This document shows positions 32,681 through 43,705 of a stretch of 64,000 bases of DNA, in pieces. Every line of letters begins with the position of its first letter. Position 1 is the stretch's first letter. This stretch comes from an uncultured Nitrospinota bacterium. GTDB taxonomy: Bacteria > Tectomicrobia > Entotheonellia > J063 > CAVPRW01. The notes beneath the pieces were generated by a model that was not told the origin of the DNA, searched no databases, and was given only the letters and a program-made list of their open reading frames with translations. The translations under genes and the position numbers were made by a program. The stretch covers positions 128,001-192,000 of the forward strand of contig CAVPRW010000014.1 in assembly GCA_963707985.1 (NCBI GenBank). Direction: 5' to 3'.

Positions 32681-33993
32681 GGTGGTGTCCCTCGGTAGCG
32701 TGTATGAATATGAAGGAGCGATAAGCGAGAACGCTCGCTGTAAACTCCTGATGCACGACACACGGTCCGCATCAGGAGGGAGCCATGGAGTTCACTACAT
32801 GCGACTGTCCTAACCCGCAATGCTCGCATGACAGCAGGTATGGCTTCGGCTCTCACCTGGTCCGTCGTGGAGTCGATCGCGGCATTCCTCGCCTATTGTG
32901 TACCATGTGTAAGCGTACGTTTTCAGCCCGCCAAGGCACGGCGTACTTCGGGGTGCACGCGGAGGAGCCGAATGACACCATCGCCATGCGGGCACTAGCA
33001 GAAGGTAATTCCCTGCGAGGCACCGGCCGCATCGTCGGCGTCGATAAGGATACCGTCTGTGACTGGCTGGATCGAGCCGGACGGCATTGTCGGGCCGTGA
33101 CCACCTACCTGGTCGACAACTTGCATATCACTGAGTGCCAAGTGGACGAATTGTGGAGCTTCGTGCGTAAGTAAAGAAGCCCATCTGACCGTAGCCGAGA
33201 AGGTGCTGGCGCTCTATGGCGATGCCTGGGTATGGATCGCCTTCGCACCGACATGGCGCCTGGTGGCCGCCTTCGTGGTGGGCAAACGCGACCAAGAGAA
33301 CGCTAATATGCTGCTGGAGCGCCTGCAAGCCGTCAGTTGCGGGTATATTCCGTTCTTTACCAGTGATCAGTTGCCGTACGATGCTCATGCCTTGTTGCAC
33401 GTGTATGGCATGCCGGAGGTCATCCTGCATATCCCGGGTAAACGCGGGCCCAAGCCCACCCCCAAGCTCCTTCCACCTGCTGACTTGCACTATGCCCAGG
33501 TCGTCAAGCGCAGGAAAGGGGGACGCGTGGTCCACGTGACCACCAAGATCATCTTTGGCACGGAAGAGGCGGTGCAGGATCGCTTGGCCGTTTCCACGGT
33601 CAGTCAAACCATCAATACCAGGTTCGTCGAACGCAACAACTTGACGTGTCGCCAGTGTAATGGCCGTCTCTCGCGTAAGGTGCTCAGCTTTTCCAAAGAC
33701 CTGACCTGGTTAGAGAAGCATCTGTGGTTGAGCTTGGCCTATTATCACGTCGTGTTGCCGCATGACAGCTTGAGACATCGTTTACCGGAACCTCAACCGA
33801 CCCGGGGCTCTGGCTCACCCAAGGAATGGCAACCAGTCACGCCTGCTATGGCCGCAGGAATGACGGACCACATGTGGACTATGGAGGAGTTGCTGAGCTA
33901 TCGTGTGCCCCCGGACTTTCGCGACCGGCTCGATCAGCAAGCAACCAACGTCACTTCGTAGCCATGTTATACACGCGATCGAGGGACACCACC
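32681..33993 (+). mobile_element. IS1-family element, copy 2 (1313 bp), inverted relative to copy 1
   Basis: Same IRs and ORFs (32785..33174, 33203..33961); differs from copy 1 by a few SNPs. Confidence 0.88.
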
Positions 33994-34165
33994 GTACCGT
34001 CGGGCGTCATGGGAATGAAGAAGTCATTCGCCAATATGTCAAGCCGCAAGGCAGCGAAAAGACGTATAAGAAGCTCCATCGTCAAGACGTCCAGATGGAG
34101 CTGTGTTGAGGGTTACGGGTTTTGGGGTTCGATACCCCGCAGCTTGCTGCGGGGAGCCTTCATCT
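33994..34165 (+). mobile_element. IS200/IS605 tnpA 3' remnant with right-end hairpin
   Basis: TVGRHGNEEVIRQYVKPQ resembles the TnpA catalytic-Tyr helix, followed by the hairpin CCCCGCAGCTTGCTGCGGGG. Confidence 0.7.
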
Positions 34166-34317
34166 CCTCTAAGCCACGCAAGGCATTGGCGCTATCGCCG
34201 TTCTGTAAGCACTCGCGTACCCGCAACGCCACCGCGAGCGGGGATTCCATGGCGAGGAGTTCCCAATCGACAAAGGTGTGGGAAAACAGTCCCTGACACC
34301 TTTTGCCCTTTATCCCA

Positions 34318-34740
34318 CTATGACGGTGTGAACGGGTTCACCACGCGTACCCCCGTCTGGCGAAAGTCCGCCTGATTACGGGTGACGACGGTGAGGTCGT
34401 AAATCAGCGCCGTTGCCGCGATCTGCTTATCCAGGGCGTTCTCTGGATGCGGCACGCGAAGGCGACCCCAAAGCTGCGCAATATCTTGATCGATGTCCAG
34501 GATACCCTCCTGGTACTCGATACGCAGAGCTTCTAACCACGTCTCCAACCGCTCCGCCTGGCGATGGTCACCGCGATGGCGGATCAATTCAACGCCTCGC
34601 CGCAGCTCCCCAACCGTGATCACGGAGAGAAAAACAGGGATCCTCTCCGCTGTGATCCGGCGAAAGAACTCGCGCACGCCTCGGTTGGCTTTGGCGCGCT
34701 TTCTTGCCTCACTGATAACATTGGTATCAATCAAATACAT
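34318..34740 (-). CDS. vapC: PIN-domain toxin (VapC/FitB-like)
   Basis: MYLIDTNVISE, SVITVGEL, DKQIAATA, VTRN..DF and NPF motifs. Confidence 0.9.
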   Translation of the reverse strand: MYLIDTNVISEARKRAKANRGVREFFRRITAERIPVFLSVITVGELRRGVELIRHRGDHRQAERLETWLEALRIEYQEGILDIDQDIAQLWGRLRVPHPENALDKQIAATALIYDLTVVTRNQADFRQTGVRVVNPFTPS

Positions 34741-34966
34741 GTACGTCTTCGTCGGCGTCCTCGAGGCGCTCGAAATCCTCATCCTGTCCGACATTCGGCA
34801 TCGAGGCCAGGGCTTCCGCAAAGCTCCTCTTCTGAGGCGTCACTAACAATACTTCTTCAAGGATCGCCCGGTGTTCGGCTTCGGCGCTCCTCCCATGCCT
34901 GGCCGCACGCTGTTTGAGCGCATCGACGACGCGTTGATCAAGATTCCTGACCACAAGGTTCGCCAT
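34727..34966 (-). CDS. FitA-like ribbon-helix-helix antitoxin
   Basis: MANLVVRNLD..VVDALKQRAARHGRSAEAEHRAIL; overlaps the toxin start. Confidence 0.88.
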   Translation of the reverse strand: MANLVVRNLDQRVVDALKQRAARHGRSAEAEHRAILEEVLLVTPQKRSFAEALASMPNVGQDEDFERLEDADEDVHVFD

Positions 34967-34992
34967 CTCTTCCCCCTTCTCCGCACCCTGAA

Positions 34993-35009
34993 TGATAGCA
35001 ATGATAGCA
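34993..35009 (-). promoter_or_regulatory. Putative antitoxin operator: two TGATAGCA boxes overlapping a -10-like TATGCT
   Basis: TGATAGCA at 34993-35000 and 35002-35009, about 27 nt upstream of the antitoxin ATG. Confidence 0.55.
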
Positions 35010-35937
35010 TACTTTCAGAAGAGGGTAAAGGTGTCAGGGAACCTTTTTCCTGCGGTTGCCGCGGTCGGTCGCGTGGACGGAAGGTCGATTCCGGGCGCAA
35101 TTGTGCGGCGGTGCGTGGCGGCCAAACCGGACTGCCGACGGAGCAGACGCTCAGCCGGCTGGGGATGGCCGACGACGCCGAGGGCCGGGCGGTCTTCCCC
35201 TGGCCCTGGCCGCTGCTGGAGCAGCTGCGCCAGTGGCTGTGCTCGTACCTGGACCACCTCGGCCAGGCCTCCAGCCACCGGCTGCTCCAGGGGCTGCGGC
35301 AGCGCTACCCCTGGCTCGACGAGTATGTGCACTGGCAAGGGAGCAGGGTCGTGTACCGCTGTCCCGTGCCCCGGCGTCGCCTGCCAGCCCTCAAGTCGGT
35401 GTTGTGGCGCAGCGGTCTTCCGGTGGCGTGGATCGGGGAGACGGGCCGCCGTCTGGGGACGATCGCCGAGCGCGCCTCTGGCTCTTCCTGCAGTGGGGCC
35501 CGACTCTTGGGGAGGCATTGGTCTCACTCCATCCTGCGTGTTTCTGCCTGATCCTGCGTCTTGTCTATTGGCTTAGCAAGCCCTGCTGCCCATTTCCGCA
35601 GCAGTCTGATCCAAAACGGCGGATAGAGCGTGCACTTCGCTTGCTGGGTGGTGGGATGTTTGGGCGCAACTTGCTTGAGCACCCGATAATAGAGTGCTGC
35701 GGTTTCCCGCTCGCCTGTGGACTTTCCTGAAGAGGTCTGCAATGTGAGCGCGTACCTGGGGGGGAAGGCGCTTGAGGGAGCCCACCTTGTCATTGAGCAT
35801 GCGCTGGATTTGCCTTCGCATCGTGTCCAGGCGTATCATGTCGTGAGCGTCGTAGACAGCACCTTGTGGTTCCGAGATGAGGACACTGCCGTTCATCATG
35901 GCGATCTCCACGCCTGACATGCGGAGGGATACGCGCA

Positions 35938-36443
35938 TGAGCGCCAAAAGAGCGCGGAAACAGCAACGACGTGCCAGAAAACGCAAGGCGCAACGAGCCC
36001 GTCAGCCTTCAGGTCAGCAGATCCTCCTCAAACGTGCCCAACAATCGGACTATTTGAAAGACGCACAGATCGTGGTGAACCCCGGTGACCTGGAAAAGAT
36101 GTCCGATGTCATTCTGCAGTTTGCCGAACCCCTCATACAAGGTCCAGCTGGCGTCATCAGCAAAAATGCGATTCGGTTGGCCATAGCTGTGTGGAATGCG
36201 TCACTCCTCCCCAAAGCTGAACAATCGGAAACCCTGAAAGCCCTTGTCGATATGCTACCGGAAGACGATCAAGACGCGCGACGCGAACTGGCCGCCGCCT
36301 TCGACATGCTCCTGGCCCGTAAACGACGCTATTTCGCCAAGAATACACGGGTGATCCTCGATTATCAGATCACCGAATCGGCTGACATGGTGCACCTGGA
36401 TGTGATTTCAACGCCGGGGAAGGCATACCATTTGCCCCAGTAG
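35938..36443 (+). CDS. Hypothetical protein
   Basis: ORF with RBS GGAGG before MSAKRARK; globular-looking C-terminal part. Confidence 0.6.
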
Positions 36444-36456
36444 GAAGGTATCCGCC

Positions 36457-38013
36457 ATGGATTTTCGCGCCCATCGACCACAGCGACACCTTGGACGCAG
36501 CGAACGGTCGCTGGTGAAAATCGCCCAGGAACTGGCGCGATTCCTGACCAAAGCCCAGCGATCACTGACGTTTGAGACATTGCATCTCTCCAATCGAACA
36601 CGCGAAACATTAGCGCATATCTTGGTGGAGTTTGCCGAAGACTTGCACCAAGACATTGGCATCTGGAGCAGTCTTGAACACTATAATGTCGAATGCTTTG
36701 GCACAAAACTCCCCTGCATTCTCCAGCCAGAGGCGGCGATGGACGCCGCACTGATCAATCCCGACCGCGTTCAGTTCCTACTATGGACGCTCTATAGCCA
36801 GCTGGCACCCGATCTGATCCTCGCTCCTAACCATCAGGACTTAGAGCGGCTTGCTCGATGGACTGCCGAATTTCTCCAAGAGCGCTTTGCTCACGTGCAG
36901 TACGACTCGGGCGTGAAGAGCTTCCTGACGACGCCCAATCACTATGGCTGGGAGGTGAAGCGAAAACTCGTCTGGTTGGGGCAGCACTCGTATCTCTTTC
37001 GCTTGAGTTGTGAGCGTTATATCCATACCCACGGTGGCACACCCGACATTCCCACCCTGGATGATTTCCTCTGTCAAGAGAACACGTGCTGGTCTGGATT
37101 GGGCGTCATTGACATTCTGGCGGCAGCATTGGACATTCCCGAAGGCCAGCGCCACGATCTGCGCAGTTGGTATGAACGGCATACCGCCTACTTTCGCGTT
37201 GCCTCGGTGCATGTATCCCTCATGGAAATGCAGAATATTCTGAACGAGCAGTCCTATACGGTCAGAGTAGATGAGCACGCCCGCCAGTTTCAGGCGTATC
37301 GGTTGGTGTTTGGGAGTCTCGTCCCATGGGATGGCGCATGGTATTGGTCTGGGATGCAACGTGGGTTTGATACCGTCACAGAAGACATTATTGAGCAAGT
37401 CAAGCAGGATTTTCACTTGCAGGCTCCACAGATTGTCTATCGGTATTGTGGGCACCTGGCCGCGCAAGCGCGAGAGATCGTGAGCAAGCATTATCAGCAA
37501 TTTATGGACTATTTTGGCAAGGACCTTGTCATCTACCCTGATGGCAATGCGATGGCTGATGATATGCGAAAATTCCATCAGTATCAGTTTGACTCGGCTC
37601 CAAAGCAGGATGTTGAAGCCTTTCTCCAAAAACATCATCTTGCCAAGCCATCTCCAAAAATGGAACTACCGCCCGATATCCTTGAATGCCATGATGGGAT
37701 TGGTGTCTATTTTAATCCGGATGAAGGGCAAGAAATGATGACGAGCTTCGACATGTGATCAGTGGTTTTCACAAACAAGGTAAAGGTTTGAACGAAGATG
37801 AGTCTGAAATGATCAGGCAATTGTTGTACTCAGATGCTATCAGCCCGCAATTTGTGAGAAAACTCGTTCAGGATTATGGTGATGCATCGATTGCGTCAGC
37901 ATTTTTAATTCCTGCAAGACTATGACAAGCATTACTTGGAGTATTTGCTGCGACGATATAAAGGACATTTCTACCGCAAGCGTTATCCAAGCCTCACGAT
38001 TGTCAACACCTGA
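36457..38013 (+). CDS. Hypothetical protein (possibly DUF3843-like); indels near 37753 and 37915
   Basis: The 433-aa ORF continues in shifted frames to ...YLLRRYKGHFYRKRYPSLTIVNT* at 38013. Family assignment is tentative. Confidence 0.55.
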
Positions 38014-38083
38014 GGCAAAGCGACCTCACACCCCAACCGACATGCTGTATGCCGCACGCCGCCTTCCGCCTTCGGCAGGCTTT

Positions 38084-39337
38084 CTACTGTAAGGCATAGA
38101 CGACGCCGTCCATCGCCGCCACATATACTTGCCCGTCACCGACGACGGGGGTGGCATGGATTGGACCACTCGCCGTAAATTGCCACTGAAGCGTCCCGTG
38201 GCGTGCATCCAGGGCGGTTAGCGTTTGGTCGTACGAGGCCACATAGAGTATGTCACCGGCTACTACCGGTGAGGCAGCGATCGCCTTCCGCGCCGCAAAG
38301 GACCAGCGCGGCGTCCCCGTGTGCAGCTCAAGCGCTACAAGAGTGCCACGCTCGGATGCCACATAGACGAGGTCATGGGCCACCGCTGCCGAGGCCACAA
38401 TGGGGCCATCGGCGCGGTACTGCCAGCGAGAGCCTGGCAGGGGTGGTGGCGGACCGGTAATGCCCCAGACGAAGAGCGTCGTCTGCACCCAGCGCCAGTC
38501 GTACGTCCATCGCTGCCCCAGCGTACGTGCATCAAGAGCCCTGAACCAGCGATCCTCGCCGCCAAAACACACCAGGCCCTCAGCAACGGCAGGGGTAGCA
38601 CGGATGGCCTGCGGTGTGCGGTAGTGCCAGCGCGTTACTCCTGTGTGGCGATCGATAAGGTACAGCGCACCATCGTTCGACCCCACATAGACGAGATCAT
38701 CCAGCAGAGCTGGAGACGAATGCAGCCATCCTTCCGCACGGGCGCGCCAACGCTCCACACCACTGACAGCGTCGAGGGCATACACATAGCCATCTGTGGA
38801 GCTGATGTAGAGGACTCCCTCATGTACCAGCGGCGAGGCATAGATGGGATTGCCTGTCTCAATGCTCCAGCGTATGACCCTATCGGTGACTTGAATGGCC
38901 AGCAGTTGGCCATCACGCAGGCCAATGTAGAGTAATTCTCCCACCAGGGCAGGTGACGAGTCCAGCGGCCCCAACTCCTAGAGTTGCCAAATAATACTGC
39001 CTTCGCTGCGGTGCAGACGGTAAAGCCGTCCTTTCGTATCGCCAACATATAGGCTATCGCCTGCGATGATGGGCGACGAGATGAACCCCGCCCCGATGAC
39101 CAACTCCCACTGCACCTGCCCGACAGGTGCTGGGCTAGGCTGTGCTTGCACACCAGTCCGTTGGGCGTTGCCACGCCACATGGTCCAGTCGCCATTCTCC
39201 CCTTCCGATGATAGCGACGGTTGTTGTGGCAAGGGATGCAAACGTCCACACCACAGTCTGACGTCATCCCGGTAACTCCACGCGACCAGCTGTAAAAGGA
39301 CGCCGAGTCCTAAAGAACCCCATGTGGTCCGCGTCAT
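38084..39337 (-). CDS. PQQ-binding-like (BamB-type) beta-propeller protein with one in-frame TAG at 38978-38980
   Basis: Repeated SSP....VY.GS.DG.LYALD..TG..RW units; both ORFs are in the same frame, separated only by the TAG. Confidence 0.8.
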
Positions 39338-39487
39338 CAATGACCGATTTCCCGTCCTGGGCGAGCACAAGCCTAAGCGACCTGCATGCCTCTTGGGACG
39401 TAGGCTGTTACTATCCATTGATGCGAGTGCCCAGCGGCACGTCGATGCCCACTCAGGATGCCGGGTGACAGATATACCTATGGGAGG

Positions 39488-40408
39488 CTATGGCCCACCC
39501 CGAAGCCGAGGGTCGAGCAGATCCCGCAGGGCATCGCCGAACATATTGAAGCCGAACACCGCAGAGCTCAGGGCCACCCCTGGCCAGATGGCCAGCCAAG
39601 GCGCCTGATACATGTAGCTCAGTCCCTGCAAGCTCAGCATCCCCCCCCAGGTGGGATGTGGCGGTGGTACTCCAAACCCGAGGAAGCTCAGGGAGGCTTC
39701 GATGAGGATGAGATTACCGAGGCCAATCGTTGCCACCACGATGATGATGGCCGCCACATTGGGCAGCATGTGGAGCAGCATGATTCGCAGATTGCTACTG
39801 CCAAAGGCCTGGGCCGCTTCGATGTAGGCGTTTTCCTTCACCGACAGCGCGGCACCGCGGATAATCCGTGAGTTTTGAATACCGAAGCTTACCCCTAAGA
39901 CTGTCGTGACATTGAGGAGTCCTGGACCCAGCAGCGACATGATCGTGAGCAAGAGGAGGAGACCGGGGAAGGATTCCCACGCATCGACAAAACGCTGCAC
40001 GCAGAGGTCATAGCGGCCCCCGAAGAAGGCTGAGGTCACGCCGATGAGTGTGGCCAGCAGGACCCCCAGGGCTGCGGCCCCCAAGGAGACGGTCAAAGAC
40101 ACGCGGGTCCCGTAGATGATGCGGCTGAGCAGATCGCGGCCGAGTTGGTCGGTTCCCAACCAGTGTTCTAGACTTGATCCCCGAAAGCGGTGGAGCAGGC
40201 TCGTCTGTGCATAGCCATATGGGGCGAGGACGTCCGCGAAGATGGCCACGCCAAGCAGTGCGACGACGATGCCGGCACCGATCACGCCCAGGGGCTTCTC
40301 GCGCACCATGCGGACGCAGACCTCAAGAAAGGGGGGTCGCACACGTGCTCCAGCCTTCTGCGGGCTGACCTCTGCATCCGCCACCGCGCTGCCGTGCGTC
40401 ATCTCCAT
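39488..40408 (-). CDS. Dpp/Opp-type ABC permease (DppC-like)
   Basis: HWLGTDQLGRDLLSR, EAA motif YIEAAQAFG, SLSFLGFGVPPP. Confidence 0.92.
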   Translation of the reverse strand: MEMTHGSAVADAEVSPQKAGARVRPPFLEVCVRMVREKPLGVIGAGIVVALLGVAIFADVLAPYGYAQTSLLHRFRGSSLEHWLGTDQLGRDLLSRIIYGTRVSLTVSLGAAALGVLLATLIGVTSAFFGGRYDLCVQRFVDAWESFPGLLLLLTIMSLLGPGLLNVTTVLGVSFGIQNSRIIRGAALSVKENAYIEAAQAFGSSNLRIMLLHMLPNVAAIIIVVATIGLGNLILIEASLSFLGFGVPPPHPTWGGMLSLQGLSYMYQAPWLAIWPGVALSSAVFGFNMFGDALRDLLDPRLRGGP

Positions 40409-40437
40409 CTCCCTCGGTGTGCGCCTGCTCCCGCTAC

Positions 40438-40472
40438 TCCCTCACCCTAGCCCTCTCCCGGCGGGAGAGGGC
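40438..40472. repeat. REP-like intergenic palindrome
   Basis: CCCTCACCCTAGCCCTCTCCCGGCGGGAGAGGG hairpin; a related sequence lies near 506-530. Confidence 0.55.
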
Positions 40473-40524
40473 ATACCGTCTGAATGTTTATCCTGGTGCC
40501 TGTGCCCCATGGGGATGAGGGGGA

Positions 40525-41469
40525 TCAGCGATACCGAATGCGGGGATCCAGGTATGCGTAACTGAAATCGACGATGAGATTCAAGACGAGCGTGAAGGTG
40601 GCGACGATCATATTGATGCTCTGCACCACTGGGTAATCCCGCCGAATCAGCGCCTCAAAGAAAAAATGCCCGATGCCAGGCAAGCGGAAGATGGACTCGA
40701 TGATCACCGATCCCCCCAGATAGAAGTGGATCTGCAGGCCGAGGATGCTCACGACCGGGATCATGGCGTTTTTGATAGCATGTTTGAAGATGACCCTACG
40801 CTCCGGCAAACCTTTCGCCCAGGCGGTGCGAATGTAATCCTGGCGCTGCACCTCCAGCATGGACGAACGCATCACGCGCATGATCGGCCCCGCTCTCGAC
40901 ACGCCGAACACCAGAGCGGGGAAGATCAAGATCTTGAGGTTCTCCAGCGGATCGGTGGTCAACGGCACATAGGTCCACAGCGGCGTCCAGCGAAAATAAA
41001 TGGCTGGCAATACCACCACCAGGATCGCCAGCCAGAAGTATGGCATTGCCAGCGCCAGGATGGCCACCACGCGCCCGATATAATCGAGCCAACTCTCCTG
41101 CCGCACAGCCGACAGCACCCCCACACCGACCCCGAACGTAACTGAGACGATGATGGTCAGGAGAGCCAGCTCCAGGGTCACCGGGAAGCGCCGAGCAAAT
41201 TCCTCCACAATGCTTTCCTTTGTCCACAATGAATGCCCCAGATCACCGCGCAGGAGGGCGCTCATCCATTCCAGATACTGGATGTGCATCGGCTTGTCGA
41301 GGCCGAGGTCCCGCCGTAACGCCTCCACGGAGTCGGCATAGGCGTAACCTTCCAGCATCTGCAGGACCACATCCCCTGGAATCAGCCGCATCATGAGAAA
41401 GACCAGGATCGTCACCAGGAAGAGCGTGGGCACCATCAACAGCACGCGTTTGAGGAGGTATTCACGCAT
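40525..41469 (-). CDS. Dpp/Opp-type ABC permease (DppB-like)
   Basis: GLDKP..IQY, DYIRTAWAKGL and RDYPVVQ motifs. Confidence 0.92.
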   Translation of the reverse strand: MREYLLKRVLLMVPTLFLVTILVFLMMRLIPGDVVLQMLEGYAYADSVEALRRDLGLDKPMHIQYLEWMSALLRGDLGHSLWTKESIVEEFARRFPVTLELALLTIIVSVTFGVGVGVLSAVRQESWLDYIGRVVAILALAMPYFWLAILVVVLPAIYFRWTPLWTYVPLTTDPLENLKILIFPALVFGVSRAGPIMRVMRSSMLEVQRQDYIRTAWAKGLPERRVIFKHAIKNAMIPVVSILGLQIHFYLGGSVIIESIFRLPGIGHFFFEALIRRDYPVVQSINMIVATFTLVLNLIVDFSYAYLDPRIRYR

Positions 41470-41547
41470 GGATGATCCTCTAAATACACGGCCGAGGACT
41501 GTGCGCTGAGAACTGCGTCATGGCCTTGTGCCGCCCCCAGCACGGTT

Positions 41548-43209
41548 TTACTTATCGATCCACGCTGCAATGACGCGGTGCACCATGGTATGCCCAATTT
41601 TCGGTGCGAAGCCCTTGAGGTAGGGTTGGTGGACATGATAGGACATCCCTCCGGGGATGTATACATAGTACGCCTTATCGGCCAGGTAGCGCTGGATGTC
41701 GTCGACGATGCGCTTGCGTTTCATGGGGTCGAGCTCTCGTCGTTGCGCGATGAGCATTTCATTGAGGGCGGGATCGTTGACATGGCCACGATTGTTGGGC
41801 TGGTCCGGATAGAACACGCCATACAGAAAATCATCGACCTCCAGGAATGGGGTGATCGGCCCCATCGCGAGCTTATCGAATTTCCCCAAGTACGTGGTCG
41901 AGATGTACTCACCATACTCCTGAGGTTTGAGCTCGACGTTCATACCGACCTTGCTCAGTTCATCCACGGCCAGCTCGAAGCGTGAGGGCCAGGGGATCGT
42001 GTAGCCCGGATGATGAAACAGCGGGGTCGTAAACCCCTTAGGATAGCCGGCCTCAGCCAGAAGGCGTTTGGCTTCCTCACGATCGAACCCCAGCCAATAC
42101 TTGGCCTTGGCCGGGTCGATCTCCTTTGGATCCAGCCGCCAATCTGGCAGGGCACACGGCACCGGGCCGGTGACAAAGCACCCCTCGCCGAATTCGAGGG
42201 CTTCCATCCACGCCTGCCGATTGATCGCCAGGGAGAGCGCCCGTCGCACCCGGATATCGTTGAAGGGGGGCTGATCGGTCCGCATGTAGAACATCCCCTG
42301 GTTGAGGCTCTGATATTTGAAGAACTTTAAATCGGGGTTGGTGCGTTGTAGTGGGATCGCCTCTTCTCCAGCCAGAAGCCCCGTGGTGTGGACAAAATCC
42401 ACCTTGCCCGTGCGGAGCAGGGATACGCGCGCGGAGGCTTCGGGGGTCATTTGCCATTCAATGCCATCGACATAGGGTAGGCCCTTCATATAGAAGTCGG
42501 GATTGCGTTTGAAGAGCAATTTCACTCCACGTTCATAGCGTTCCAAGATGAAGGGGCCAGTCCCGATGGCGGCCTCCGCTTTGTTGAAGTCGCCATACTG
42601 GTCCTCCGCTTCCTTCGGCAGGATCATATTGTGCGAAGGGCTGGCCAGTTGGGCCAGCAGCGGAGCAAAGGCATGTTTGGTGATGATCTTGACGGTGTAA
42701 TCGTCCACGACCTCAACGCGGTCGACATCATCGAAGCGCGCTCGAAAACCGGATTTGGTGGCGAAGCGCTCTAGAGAGTATTTCACATCCTGAGCCTTCA
42801 ACTCGCGGCCGTTTACCGGCGGCTTATTGTGGAACTTCACCCCTTGGCGCAGGTAAAACACCACGGTCTTATCGTCCAGGTACTCCCAGCGCTCGGCCAG
42901 GTCGGGCATGATGGTGAGATCGTAGGGGCTTTTCTGCTCATGACCATAGGGGAATCGCACCAGACTGCTGTAGACGAGGCTGCCGATATTTTGCGGCATG
43001 AATGAGATGCTCAGGTGTGGATCCAGATTGGGAGGTTCGCGCTCGGCCAGACGGATGATCCCTCCATACTTCGGCTGTTCGCCTGCGGCCGCCCCTTGAG
43101 CGCGGGCGGTCGAGCCGCCAGAGATCATGGGTGGAAGGAGCCAGGCTGTGAGGGCAGCCATCACGGAGAACAAAGTGCGAATGCGGCGAGCGTAACTCGT
43201 TCGTGCCAT
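41548..43209 (-). CDS. ABC transporter solute-binding protein, family 5
   Basis: Signal peptide; PDLAERWE, GVKFHN, IGTGPF and PFNDIRVRRAL motifs; RBS AGGAGG before ATG 43209. Confidence 0.9.
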   Translation of the reverse strand: MARTSYARRIRTLFSVMAALTAWLLPPMISGGSTARAQGAAAGEQPKYGGIIRLAEREPPNLDPHLSISFMPQNIGSLVYSSLVRFPYGHEQKSPYDLTIMPDLAERWEYLDDKTVVFYLRQGVKFHNKPPVNGRELKAQDVKYSLERFATKSGFRARFDDVDRVEVVDDYTVKIITKHAFAPLLAQLASPSHNMILPKEAEDQYGDFNKAEAAIGTGPFILERYERGVKLLFKRNPDFYMKGLPYVDGIEWQMTPEASARVSLLRTGKVDFVHTTGLLAGEEAIPLQRTNPDLKFFKYQSLNQGMFYMRTDQPPFNDIRVRRALSLAINRQAWMEALEFGEGCFVTGPVPCALPDWRLDPKEIDPAKAKYWLGFDREEAKRLLAEAGYPKGFTTPLFHHPGYTIPWPSRFELAVDELSKVGMNVELKPQEYGEYISTTYLGKFDKLAMGPITPFLEVDDFLYGVFYPDQPNNRGHVNDPALNEMLIAQRRELDPMKRKRIVDDIQRYLADKAYYVYIPGGMSYHVHQPYLKGFAPKIGHTMVHRVIAAWIDK

Positions 43210-43705
43210 GCATGACCTCCTGAGAGATGTTGCGGTCGGAGTGACCCGGCAGGTCGCCCCTCCTTCTCCAACCATGCCGCGATCAGCTGGTGCAGTAGAC
43301 TCAATGAGCGCTTCAGTGGCGCTTCCCACCGGGGCATCGACATGGCTGCGGGTGTTCAGCTGGCCCTGTTAGAAGATACCGTCAAGCCAATCACCTACAT
43401 CCAAGCATGGACTGATGCCCCCATGCCCAGCTTCGATGCTCGGACGATCAGCAGAAATTTCACCATTCAGCGGGTGAGGAGTTGAGGCCTCAGCCAGTAT
43501 TGTGGAAAGGTCACGTTGGCGCTGTAGAGGATGGTGTGCATGAGGTGCTCCTCAGTGTAGGACACAAGACGCCTATGCTGTACGGCTCACGGCCGCGATG
43601 TCCGATCAGACACTCATGCGGAGCGGAACTCTCTGAGGGAGTATGAGTTGTCAACACCGTCACACAAGACGAGCAGGACGCAACGGAGGCACCATCCTAG
43701 CGAGG

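Noticed and set aside
43210..43545. Small ORF or RiPP-like precursor upstream of the SBP (MHTILYSANVTF... after GAGGAG)
   Set aside because: Only 24 codons unless an indel is assumed, no family motif, and no modifying enzymes nearby.
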